A DNA stretch of 64,000 nucleotides, taken from contig JAHPZH010000001.1 of assembly GCA_019058315.1 (NCBI GenBank), positions 149,466 to 213,465 on the forward strand, read 5' to 3'. The position numbers and the translations under genes are program-made. Shown piece after piece: positions 20,984-29,727 of this stretch (position 1 is the stretch's first letter; each line of letters opens with the position of its first letter). Below the pieces are notes generated by a model. That model was given only the letters and a program-made list of their open reading frames with translations. It was not told where the DNA came from and ran no database searches. The DNA comes from Candidatus Helarchaeota archaeon (GTDB lineage: Archaea > Asgardarchaeota > Lokiarchaeia > Helarchaeales > RDOG01).

Positions 20984-21559
20984 ATGTCAAATCTTAATGA
21001 AGAACTTATTGAGGCTGCTCGGAATGGAAATATGCAAGGAGTAATTATGGCGTTAGGGAAAGGTGCAGATGTTAATTATAAAGATGAAAATGGTCGTAAT
21101 GCTTTAATGTATGCTGCTTATAACGGATTTGCTCAGATTATAGTGCTATTCCTTGCCGAAGAAGCAGACTTGAATGCAGTGAGTGATGCAGATTATACTG
21201 CTTTGGATTATGCTTGTAAAAATGGACAAATGGAAGTTATGAAACTTTTAGTTGAAAAAGGAGCAAAACTTGGTGATAGGGATAGTGTATTAATGTTTGC
21301 TTGTGATAATGGCTCACTTGAAGTTGCAAAATTAGCTATTGAAGAAGGTGCAGATGTAAATCTTAAAGGAGAGGCTGGAATGACAAATTTAATGTATGCT
21401 GCCTGGAAAGGTTATAAGGATATAGCCAAATTACTCTTAGAAAATGGAGCTGATGTGAACGCAAAAGCAAGTAGCGGTTATACCGCCTTAAAATTTGCTT
21501 CTAGCTATAAGCATGATGAAATTGTAGACCTCTTAAAAAAATATGGGGCAAAAGACTAG
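20984..21559 (+). CDS. Ankyrin repeat protein
   Basis: About 5 repeats of GxTALxYA...LLxxGADVN. Confidence 0.95.
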   Translation: MSNLNEELIEAARNGNMQGVIMALGKGADVNYKDENGRNALMYAAYNGFAQIIVLFLAEEADLNAVSDADYTALDYACKNGQMEVMKLLVEKGAKLGDRDSVLMFACDNGSLEVAKLAIEEGADVNLKGEAGMTNLMYAAWKGYKDIAKLLLENGADVNAKASSGYTALKFASSYKHDEIVDLLKKYGAKD

Positions 21560-21583
21560 TTTATTTAATTTTGAAAAAACAAA

Positions 21584-22387
21584 TTGGATACTTGGGTAAT
21601 TTTAATGCCAAATGAGATTGAAGGTAAAGACTCCAATGAATGGTTTCTAACTGGATATTCATTTTATGAATTTGATAATTATCATTCAGCAATAGAATGT
21701 TTTGAAAAAGCGGTTAAAATAGATCCACAGAATGTTGATGCTTGGGTTAATATGGGAAGTTCTTATTTGGGTTTACAGGATTATCAAAAAGTGATCGAAT
21801 GTAACGAAAAAGCAATTAATATTGATCCAAATCATAAAATAGCATGGTACAATACGGGAAAAGCCTATTTTGGATTAGAAAATAATCAGAAATCCCTAGA
21901 ATGTTATAAAAAAGCTGTTGAGATCGACCCTCAACTAAGTCAGGCCTGGAATAACATGGGAACTATCTATGTTATTTTGGAAAAATATCAGAAAGCGATT
22001 GAATGTTTCGAAAAAGCTATCAAAATCGACTCTCGAGCTGATGCATGGAATAATATGGGTGTTATTTACCTTAATTTACAAAAATATAAAAAAGCAATTG
22101 AGTGTTATAAAGAAGTTGTTAAATTAGAGCCCCAAAATAGCAATGCATGGAGTAATATGGGAGTGGTATACCGTAGGTTAGAAGAATATCAAAAATCAAT
22201 TGAGTGTTACGAAAAAGCTACTGAAATCGACCCTCTATATGCTGATCCTTGGATAAATATGGCAGTAGTGTACGAAAAATTAAAAAATTATCAAAAAGCG
22301 ATTGAATGTTGCGAAAAAGCCTTTGAAATTAACCCCAATGATGAAGAGGTTTTGAAATATATTGATTTTTTGAAATCAAAACTCTGA
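21584..22387 (+). CDS. Tetratricopeptide repeat protein
   Basis: About 7 repeats of AWxNMG..Y..L..YQKAIECxEKAxxIDP. Probable start is the ATG at 21605. Confidence 0.95.
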   Translation: MDTWVILMPNEIEGKDSNEWFLTGYSFYEFDNYHSAIECFEKAVKIDPQNVDAWVNMGSSYLGLQDYQKVIECNEKAINIDPNHKIAWYNTGKAYFGLENNQKSLECYKKAVEIDPQLSQAWNNMGTIYVILEKYQKAIECFEKAIKIDSRADAWNNMGVIYLNLQKYKKAIECYKEVVKLEPQNSNAWSNMGVVYRRLEEYQKSIECYEKATEIDPLYADPWINMAVVYEKLKNYQKAIECCEKAFEINPNDEEVLKYIDFLKSKL

Positions 22388-22469
22388 TTTTTAAAACTCT
22401 AAATATTTTCTTTTTTATACATTATTTGGACTAGCAATAAATTTATTATTTTATAGATTAGGTTTACAT

Positions 22470-23045
22470 ATGCATTTAAATTTTCATGCTGCTATTGGAA
22501 TTCTCATTTCTATGATATTTTCACAGTATCTATCAAATTTTCAGATCGATTTTATTATTTTCGCTTCGATGATCATCGATCTGGATTTTTTATTTTCAAA
22601 ATTTGCCCAAAAACATAACCATCGAAGATTAATAACACACACATTCTTCCCCTATATAATTATAGCGCTAATCAGTGTATTTTTAATTAATATCACCCCA
22701 TTATGGTTTTATTTCTTTCTTTTTAGTATCTGCGCCATAATTCATGTTTTTGTTGATTTAATTGATTGGGGTATATCCCCGTTTCTTCCCTTTAAAAAAG
22801 ATTTTGTGGGAGGTATTTTGGAACGACCTGAAACTAATGAAGATGAGCCATATTGGATTCGTCGTTGCTATTTTGTTAATAGATATTACAGCTCAAAATC
22901 TATTATTAGCATAGAACTAATTATTGGTGTTCTAGCTTTCTTATCTATACTGTATTTTGCCCCAGATTATTTCGAAATCATTACAATCTATATTTTTTGG
23001 CTAGTAATACATTTAGTTCAATATCTCTTATGTCGTAGGCGATGA
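22470..23045 (+). CDS. Membrane-bound metal-dependent hydrolase (YdjM-like)
   Basis: N-terminal H..FH, IDLDF, HRRLITHT, IHVFVD. Confidence 0.75.
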   Translation: MHLNFHAAIGILISMIFSQYLSNFQIDFIIFASMIIDLDFLFSKFAQKHNHRRLITHTFFPYIIIALISVFLINITPLWFYFFLFSICAIIHVFVDLIDWGISPFLPFKKDFVGGILERPETNEDEPYWIRRCYFVNRYYSSKSIISIELIIGVLAFLSILYFAPDYFEIITIYIFWLVIHLVQYLLCRRR

Positions 23046-23070
23046 CTTAGATTTTATAATATGTATAAAA

Positions 23071-24096
23071 TTATTCTCTACCCAATTCATATCCATAAAT
23101 TCCTTTATGGATAATTTCACCTTTTTTTAATTGATCAAGACCATGAGAAATTTTCATTAAAATTTGAGGTTTTGTTAAATCTATGATATCTAGTAATTCT
23201 TTATTTTCTGATGCAAAATTTGCTAATTGTCTTCTATTACCCTTTTTAATATGAAATAATATTCTAATTACTAACATTGAATTAAAACTGGAAATGCTTC
23301 TTAAGACATTATCTCCCGAAATTAATTGAATTTTATCTTCTAAATTTAAATCATTAATAATTGCTTGTAATAATTGTAATTTTTCATTTTTATTTCCCCT
23401 AAGATGTTTAGTAAAAATATTCCAAAATTCTTTTTCTAATCCATACTCAATTAGCCAACTTCGAAAAATTTCTATTGAAAAATAATTTTTTATTTTACTG
23501 ATATCTTTAATTGCTTCTTTTATGACTAATTTTAACATATCTGTTTTAAATTTCATAGTTCGAAATTTATTCTGTAAAAATTCGTATATTTTAGTGTCTT
23601 TATAAGCTTCTTTTAATTTCTTACTATCGCTAATATTTGCTTCAAATAATCTTTTCTGGATTTCAACTATTTCTAAATCATTTATTTCTTCAGGTTCAAA
23701 TTTATACTCTTTTTGAATTTGTGTTCCTTTCGAAGCATATTCTCCAGATTTTAAAATATCAAATTCTCGCTGTAATAGATTAATATCTTTTGCAGTCGGA
23801 AGAGAATCCATTTTAGAGATTATTTCTTGCATATTTCGCAGTATTGCTAATTGTTGTTCTTGAAAATCTTTTTGGTCTTTTCTTAACTTTTCAATCTCTG
23901 AAAAATCCTGAACAACAGGTTTGGCTTTTTTTTTCTTACTTTTTTCCTTAACTTCTTCTATACAATCAACACAATAGAATTTCTTTCTATATTGAGTTAA
24001 ATCATCTTTAGGAAATTTTTTTTCACAATTACTACAAAAATAATCTTTAATTTCTTCTTCAGCATCTTCTTCAATATCAAATAAAAGTTTACTCAA
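23071..24096 (-). CDS. Hypothetical protein: C4 zinc finger, coiled coil, possible C-terminal winged helix
   Basis: CSNC-x16-CVDC, heptad-like segment, C-terminal ISHGLDQLKKGEIIHKG..GYEL; 2 bp downstream of the RHH gene. Confidence 0.55.
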   Translation of the reverse strand: MSKLLFDIEEDAEEEIKDYFCSNCEKKFPKDDLTQYRKKFYCVDCIEEVKEKSKKKKAKPVVQDFSEIEKLRKDQKDFQEQQLAILRNMQEIISKMDSLPTAKDINLLQREFDILKSGEYASKGTQIQKEYKFEPEEINDLEIVEIQKRLFEANISDSKKLKEAYKDTKIYEFLQNKFRTMKFKTDMLKLVIKEAIKDISKIKNYFSIEIFRSWLIEYGLEKEFWNIFTKHLRGNKNEKLQLLQAIINDLNLEDKIQLISGDNVLRSISSFNSMLVIRILFHIKKGNRRQLANFASENKELLDIIDLTKPQILMKISHGLDQLKKGEIIHKGIYGYELGRE

Positions 24097-24098
24097 TA

Positions 24099-24473
24099 TT
24101 ATTCCTCCTCTAACCCAAATTTCTCTTCTAATTTATCTATTAATTCTAAATCAACTGTTTCTTGAAAATGAGAGAGATATAATTTCGGGTTTTTTAATAT
24201 TATTTTATGATTTTTCTTTACCCAAAGAAAAAAATTAAATAACATTTTAAATCCATTAATTAAATCACCATTATTTTTTGTTTTCGGCTTTTCGCTCACT
24301 TCTTTTTCGGATTCATCAATATAAGCCGTTAATGCTCCTCTAATTAAGTCAGTTACATTATTAAAATTCATTTCTTCTGCTTTTTTAGTTAAAATCTCCT
24401 TGGAAATTTGAGTTCTAAATGTTATAGGCTTCTTTTTTTCTTCATCTTTTAATTTTGGTCTGCCACGATTCAT
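24099..24473 (-). CDS. Ribbon-helix-helix (CopG-like) DNA-binding protein
   Basis: GRPK arm, strand PITFRT, helix ISKEILTKKAEEM, turn, NVTDLIRGALTAYI. Confidence 0.7.
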   Translation of the reverse strand: MNRGRPKLKDEEKKKPITFRTQISKEILTKKAEEMNFNNVTDLIRGALTAYIDESEKEVSEKPKTKNNGDLINGFKMLFNFFLWVKKNHKIILKNPKLYLSHFQETVDLELIDKLEEKFGLEEE

Positions 24474-24484
24474 GCTATAATTAT

Positions 24485-24595
24485 TGTCTTACACATATTT
24501 AAATGTGTCTTACACAAAATATCATTTGTAATACAAAAAAATTTTTCAAAGTATCCATTTTTTAATGTAAGACGGAAATTCCTTTTTGTAAGACA
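24485..24595. promoter_or_regulatory. Five TGT-N3-ACA/G boxes around the RHH gene promoter (putative operator)
   Basis: TGTCTTACA at 24485 and 24506, TGTAATACA at 24527, TGTAAGACG at 24566, TGTAAGACA at 24587; spacings 21, 21, 39 and 21 bp. Minus-strand TATA box TTTAAATA at 24496-24503 lies between boxes 1 and 2. Confidence 0.65.
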
Positions 24596-24619
24596 AAAAA
24601 TTATGTGCTAGATCAAGTA

Positions 24620-24945
24620 TCAAGAAAAAATTTGACCTCAAGAAATTTTAATTTTGATCATAATCAAAATCCTGAAAAAAATTAATTCAAAAAAAAATAC
24701 ATAATCCAGAAAAATTTGATCTTGAATTAAGTCTGAACTTGAAAAAAAATTTGTTAAAAAAAAAATTTTTTTAGTTTGTAATCTCAAAAAAATTTTAAAT
24801 TGAAAAATCCAAATTTCAAAAATTTTATTCAAAAAAAATCTCAAAAAATCTGTCTTCAAAAAATGTTAATTATGTAAATCTTGATTTTGAAAAAACTTAG
24901 TCTCAAAAAATTTTATTTTAGAATTAAAAGATCGAAAAAAATTTC
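24620..24945 (+). repeat. Degenerate array of TC-A-tract-TTT units
   Basis: About 14 units such as TCAAGAAAAAATTTG, TCCAGAAAAATTTG, TCAAAAAAATTTT and TCGAAAAAAATTTC; no credible ORF. Confidence 0.55.
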
Positions 24946-25524
24946 TTATGAGCATGATTCATAATTTAACCTTGATTTTATTAATTTTCGATTATATGAT
25001 AAAAATAAACTGGTTTATTCTAAAAATTTTAACAAAAAAATTATGAAGATATATATATCTCCTCGTATTTTATTCTATTACTGATTCTCTTATTTTTGAG
25101 ATTGGAATGATCCTTATGGAACATATGACGTAGCGAATAGGATTCCGGAAATTCAAGAAATCACTTTAGGATCAAAATTTTAATCTAGTGATTTAAAGGT
25201 CAATAAGTATTACATATTTATGACTTTATAAATTCCTGGATCTTATTCAGCGAGTATCGTTCGGAGGTTAAATAAGCCAAAACAAGGCTACTATGCGATT
25301 CGTTGAATAATAAAAGGATCAAATTACTAAAAAATTAATTCTATAAATTACAATAGAGATTTTTCTAATATGGGTTAGGCTACACCATTTACCGCATTCT
25401 AAGCGCAATATAGGAAGGTTTATAAACAATGGACTGATCATAGAATACAAAATAAATCAAAAATGAAAAAAAAGAAATAAAATAATGAAATGTCTCTAAA
25501 AACTGAAAAATAGGTGGTGAAAAA

Positions 25525-25746
25525 TTGGTAAAAAAAATCAAAGTCAAAGTACTCTCGGTAAATGGACATGAAACTTATTCAGTCGCAATTCAAAAAATTC
25601 CTGAATTTATGGAATCACAATTAGACAATAATCATGTTGCATATTGTGAACCTATGAAAAAGATTGTTGAAACTGAAACAGAACTAGAATATATCTTAGA
25701 AATGGTTAGTGAAATTACAATCATCCCTAAAATTCGTGGAGGTTAA
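25525..25746 (+). CDS. Small protein with C-terminal Gly-Gly, putative beta-grasp ubiquitin-like/SAMP/MoaD-like modifier
   Basis: 73 aa; N-terminal strand KIKVKVLS; C-terminus EITIIPKIRGG-stop; strong RBS AGGTGGTGA. Confidence 0.55.
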   Translation: MVKKIKVKVLSVNGHETYSVAIQKIPEFMESQLDNNHVAYCEPMKKIVETETELEYILEMVSEITIIPKIRGG

Positions 25747-25747
25747 T

Positions 25748-26473
25748 ATGAAAAATCAGAAAAATAAACAAATTCGCTTAAAATTATCTCATGATTGGTC
25801 CAAGTTTAATGGAAAAGAATTTGAAAAAGTTAGAAATCAACGAAATTTTCAGATTGGTGAAATTTTAAAGAAAGCAGATCAATTTTATTTGACCACAAAA
25901 AAGGGTCTTAAAGAAATTACGAAAAAATTTGCTTATAAAAAAATAATCAAACATGAAAAGATTAACCCTGAGGAACTTACGAAAGGTTATTTTCCTAGAA
26001 GCGGATATCGAAGATCATTTGGTTCTAAAAAGAAAATTGTGATAAAACATAACAAAACACCTGGCCTATACTGCTATGAACGCTACTTGGGAGCATCAAT
26101 TAAAGCAGGAATTTCAATAACTCTCCATACAAGTAATAAAAAAGTTAAAGATCTCATTAAAATATTTAATGCTCGAATTGGTCGTCCATATCAGCCACCA
26201 ACATTTTCTCCTGAAGCTATAAACAAGGCAAAGAAAGAATTGAAAAATTTGATAAAAATTAATAATCAATTAAAAGTTGTAAATGATAATTTGGTGGTTA
26301 CTAGTAAAAATGGAAGAATTTATAATATAAATCTTCTTTCTGGAGCTGTTTCATCTAAAAAGAAAAGTTATATTTGTACTTGGAGTTCAACCACAAGACT
26401 ACCTTTACCTGATGAAATTATTGCTAAAGCTTTAACTATTGCTTATAAACCAAAACAAATTAGAACGCTATAA
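25748..26473 (+). CDS. Basic hypothetical protein translationally coupled to the Gly-Gly protein
   Basis: ATG at 25748, 1 bp after the upstream stop, with a GGAGG RBS (the ORF track extends it to 25709). C-terminal LVVTSKNGRIYNINLLSGAV..YIC..LP.PD.IIAKAL. Confidence 0.65.
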   Translation: MKNQKNKQIRLKLSHDWSKFNGKEFEKVRNQRNFQIGEILKKADQFYLTTKKGLKEITKKFAYKKIIKHEKINPEELTKGYFPRSGYRRSFGSKKKIVIKHNKTPGLYCYERYLGASIKAGISITLHTSNKKVKDLIKIFNARIGRPYQPPTFSPEAINKAKKELKNLIKINNQLKVVNDNLVVTSKNGRIYNINLLSGAVSSKKKSYICTWSSTTRLPLPDEIIAKALTIAYKPKQIRTL

Positions 26474-26475
26474 TT

Positions 26476-26516
26476 AAGGCGATGATGATTTTAAGCAGCG
26501 ATCTGAGCTAAAAAGC
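26476..26516 (+). ncRNA. Candidate C/D-box (K-turn) RNA element
   Basis: Box C ATGATGA at 26482-26488, box D CTGA at 26503-26506, and a short GGC/GCT flanking stem, in a 74-bp intergenic gap. Confidence 0.3.
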
Positions 26517-26547
26517 CGGGAAATTAAGGATCTAAAGGTGTCAATAC

Positions 26548-26829
26548 ATGTCTGGCGAAGGTTGGAAGACTTACAATCGACGAATAAGATATCGAATGAA
26601 TAATGCTATTAAGAGGCTCAAAAATAATATTAATTCTAATATCTTTATTGAAATTTTTTTAAAAAAACCAGTTAAACCACGAGGTTGTCCATGTTGTGCT
26701 TATTCAAAAAAACATTATATGTCCCCAGTTAGAATTAACCATCCAAAGAAGAATAAACACCATAACAGCACTCTAATGCGAAATTCCTATCAAATACTTG
26801 CTAAATTAAAAAAATCTACAAGAATTTGA
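26548..26829 (+). CDS. Small very basic protein with CPCC and HPKxNxHHN motif
   Basis: AGGTG RBS; Arg/Lys-rich; motif shared with the next ORF. Confidence 0.6.
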   Translation: MSGEGWKTYNRRIRYRMNNAIKRLKNNINSNIFIEIFLKKPVKPRGCPCCAYSKKHYMSPVRINHPKKNKHHNSTLMRNSYQILAKLKKSTRI

Positions 26830-26835
26830 AGTCAA

Positions 26836-27084
26836 ATGTATATAAAGTTTAAAAATCGATTCAAAAGAAGACAAATAAAAGGCTTACGTGCTAGAATTAG
26901 GTCAGATTTAACCCATAAAAAATTTGATGATGCTAATAATTGGTTCTTACAATTACATTATAGATACTACTATTATCATGCTCGTAGATCCCATCCAAAA
27001 CATAATCTTCATCATAATAATACAAGAAATCGTTATTTTATACGAAAATTAAGGGTCGTAAAAGCCTTTAAACAAAAATTTTAA
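26836..27084 (+). CDS. Small very basic His-rich protein, paralog of the preceding gene
   Basis: SHPKHNLHHNNTRNRYFIRKL aligns with NHPKKNKHHNSTLMRNSYQILAKL; 6-bp gap. Confidence 0.6.
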   Translation: MYIKFKNRFKRRQIKGLRARIRSDLTHKKFDDANNWFLQLHYRYYYYHARRSHPKHNLHHNNTRNRYFIRKLRVVKAFKQKF

Positions 27085-27103
27085 AGAAAACTCTCCTTTT
27101 AAC

Positions 27104-28366
27104 TTAGCGTTCTGGGTGTTGTATACTTTTTGGAATCCATTGTATTTCAGCGCCCCGTTTTTTTAATTTTTTAACCACTTTCTTAGTTGGGTTGCCCTGT
27201 TTTTTCAATGTTTCTGTTAAAGTAATATTTTTTAACAATTCGCACTCCAATAATGATTCGGGGAGGACAATATTTTCATTTTCTTGAAGATTTAATCTCT
27301 TTAATGATGATATTTTACCGATTGAGTAAGGTAATGTGTTTAAAGCACAATTACTTGCATCTAATTCTTCAAGTTGAGTTAATGTGCCTATTTCAGCTGG
27401 TAATTTCTTAATTGGGTTTTCTCCTACATTAAGAGATTTAAGAGATGAAAGTGAGCATAAAGATTCTGGAAGTGTTGATAAATTATTTCTCCAAACTCCA
27501 AGAACTCTTAAAGATTTTAAATTTCCGATTGATTCTGGGAGCTGGGAAATCGAATTATCATATAAATTAAGTTCTTCCAAAGATTTCAAATTTCCAATAC
27601 AAGCCGGAACGTTTTTAATTTGATTATTGCTTAGCTGGAGATGAGTTAAATTCTTTAAAGAACAGAGCCAATTTGGTATTTCTTCAATTCCTCCTACTTT
27701 CACGCTAGATCCTGGAGGGTCTGTACGAGGTTCTGGCCATTCCTCCCTCGCGTTATCATTGGCATAAAGTTGTTCTAATTCTTTTAATCCGCTTAACACT
27801 TCTGGGAGCTTTGTAAATCTATTACCACTCATCCATAATATCTTCAAAGAAGTTAGATTACTGAAGCTAGGTGGAAGATCTGATAATTCCATTTCATAAG
27901 GACTACCTGTTAAATATAACTCTTCAAGATTTACAAGGGCATCTAATGAATCGGGTATTTCTTTTAATTGATTTCCTCCTAAATGGCATCTCCGAAGTGA
28001 ACTCAGCGAAGTAAACATAGCTTTTGGTATATTATTTAATTGATTATTATGAAGATAAAGATCTTCAAGATTTGAGAGTGAACCTAAAGATGTGGGAATA
28101 TTTTTTAATTGACCTTCATAAACCCAAAGTGTTTTAAGAAATTTGAGAAACCCAATGGTATCTGGCAATGATTTTAAATTAAATTTATGGAGTCCAAGAC
28201 CTATGACATGATTATCTTCGGCAGCAAACCCGACTGTGTCGTGTTCAATAGAATTTACAAGTAAAAGTCTTCTATTTAATTTTTTTTCTATGGTTCTAAG
28301 AACTTGTGCTTCGATTCGAGGGAGTTCAGCTTTATTAAAATTAATAAGTTCAGATTCCATATACAA
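27104..28366 (-). CDS. Leucine-rich repeat protein
   Basis: About 13 LxxLxLxxNxLxxLPxxI repeats and an Asgard-like N-cap (GFAAEDNHVIGLGL). Confidence 0.93.
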   Translation of the reverse strand: MYMESELINFNKAELPRIEAQVLRTIEKKLNRRLLLVNSIEHDTVGFAAEDNHVIGLGLHKFNLKSLPDTIGFLKFLKTLWVYEGQLKNIPTSLGSLSNLEDLYLHNNQLNNIPKAMFTSLSSLRRCHLGGNQLKEIPDSLDALVNLEELYLTGSPYEMELSDLPPSFSNLTSLKILWMSGNRFTKLPEVLSGLKELEQLYANDNAREEWPEPRTDPPGSSVKVGGIEEIPNWLCSLKNLTHLQLSNNQIKNVPACIGNLKSLEELNLYDNSISQLPESIGNLKSLRVLGVWRNNLSTLPESLCSLSSLKSLNVGENPIKKLPAEIGTLTQLEELDASNCALNTLPYSIGKISSLKRLNLQENENIVLPESLLECELLKNITLTETLKKQGNPTKKVVKKLKKRGAEIQWIPKSIQHPER

Positions 28367-28372
28367 ATTCCC

Positions 28373-29560
28373 TCAGATTATTCCTTGCTTCTTTAAATTT
28401 ACTAGATCATCTTCTGAATAATTTAAAAGATCACAAAAAATTTCTTTATTATTAACACCAAGATCAGGAGCTTTAGTATCTACAGATCCTGGGGTTTTAG
28501 AATACTTTAAAATAACTCCAGGAATGGTTGCCTTTTCAACTCCTTTAAATTTAAACTTAGTAATTAACATATCTCTAGCCTTTAGTTGAGGATGATCTCT
28601 AATTTCATCACTTTTAATAACAGGTCCACACGGAATTCTTTCTTTTTCAAGGATATCTATTATTTCATCTCTAGTATGTTCTAAGGTCCATTCATCGAGA
28701 TATGCGTCCCATTCTTCAGCATTTCTAATTCTTTTCATAGGATTGCTAAAACGTTTATCACGATATAATTCTGGTTTCCCTATGCAATTACAAAGTCTTT
28801 CAAATTGTTTTTCTGTAATACACACAATTGCAACTCGGTTATCATCGCCAGTTGGATATTGATTATAAGTAGGTAAGATAATAGGTGAGTCTAAATCCCT
28901 TTCTTTTGCGACATCAATAAATTCTCGAGCATGTGCAAAAAAATTCATAGCATACATCATGTCATGCATGCTTAAATCAATTGCTTGTCCAACTCCTGTC
29001 CTCTCACGGTAAAATAGTGCTTGTGAAATTCCAAGAGCTATAAAATTTCCCGCAGAAATGTCTGCTATCGGCATTCTTGGAGCTTTTTTAATATTCATTG
29101 TGTGCAAAACGCCCCCAACTGCTTGGGCAATAACATCAAATGCTGTTTTCTTACAATATCTTTCAATGCCTTTCTGACCAAACCCAGAAATTGCTGCGTA
29201 AATTAATCGGGGATTGATTTTTTTTAACACAGTTTCATAATCAAGATTCCATTTAGCTAATGTGCCTGGAGTAAAATTTTCAAGTAAAACATCGCATTCT
29301 GTTATTAGTTTTTTAAAAATCTCTTGTCCTTCTTTTACTCTTAAGTTTAAAGTTATTGATTTCTTATTTCTATTTAATATACAGAAAAGTGGTGCAACTT
29401 GCTTATCGAACATTAGAAAAATTCTAAAGGCTTCTCCAGCACCAGGAGGTTCTATTTTTATAACTTCTGCTCCTTGATCTGCCAATAACATAGAGCCCCA
29501 AGGTCCAGAAAGAAATTGAGAAAGATCTGCTACTCTTATTCCTTCTAATAATTTTGCCAT
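28373..29560 (-). CDS. Family III CoA-transferase (CaiB/BaiF)
   Basis: LEGIRVADLSQFLSGP, GAEVIKIEPP, NRNKKSITLNL, ENFTPG, catalytic Asp in PIADISAG. Confidence 0.93.
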   Translation of the reverse strand: MAKLLEGIRVADLSQFLSGPWGSMLLADQGAEVIKIEPPGAGEAFRIFLMFDKQVAPLFCILNRNKKSITLNLRVKEGQEIFKKLITECDVLLENFTPGTLAKWNLDYETVLKKINPRLIYAAISGFGQKGIERYCKKTAFDVIAQAVGGVLHTMNIKKAPRMPIADISAGNFIALGISQALFYRERTGVGQAIDLSMHDMMYAMNFFAHAREFIDVAKERDLDSPIILPTYNQYPTGDDNRVAIVCITEKQFERLCNCIGKPELYRDKRFSNPMKRIRNAEEWDAYLDEWTLEHTRDEIIDILEKERIPCGPVIKSDEIRDHPQLKARDMLITKFKFKGVEKATIPGVILKYSKTPGSVDTKAPDLGVNNKEIFCDLLNYSEDDLVNLKKQGII

Positions 29561-29727
29561 GATTATTCAAGTCTTTTTATTTACTATAAAATTAAAACAA
29601 CATAATTCCAATTTAGAATTAATATTTAAATTATTTTCAGATAAAATGGTGATATTTTGGTTTAAAATTAATTTGAAATGAGTTGTAATATAAATATAAA
29701 AAATTCCTAAAAAATACTAGGGTTTAT

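Noticed and set aside
20984-22387. Ankyrin-TPR pair as a novel system
   Set aside because: Both are generic repeat proteins common in Asgard genomes, with no effector domain or linking evidence.
24638-24859. 73-aa Phe-rich minus-strand ORF
   Set aside because: It is a translation of the A-tract array, with low complexity and no RBS.
24485-24945. CRISPR array or chromosomal oriC
   Set aside because: The repeats are 9-15 bp, degenerate and lack unique spacers; there is no cas gene, no ORB G-string and no adjacent cdc6/orc1.
24611-25439. Nine GATC sites as a methylation-regulated origin
   Set aside because: GATC is frequent throughout the window, and enrichment cannot be shown without a background count.
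25709-25747. ORF-track start at 25709 for the Gly-Gly partner gene
   Set aside because: It overlaps the upstream gene; the ATG at 25748 has a GGAGG RBS and coupled spacing.
23046-27103. Intact integrated element with att sites
   Set aside because: No integrase, transposase, tRNA target or matching direct repeats were seen at the island edges.
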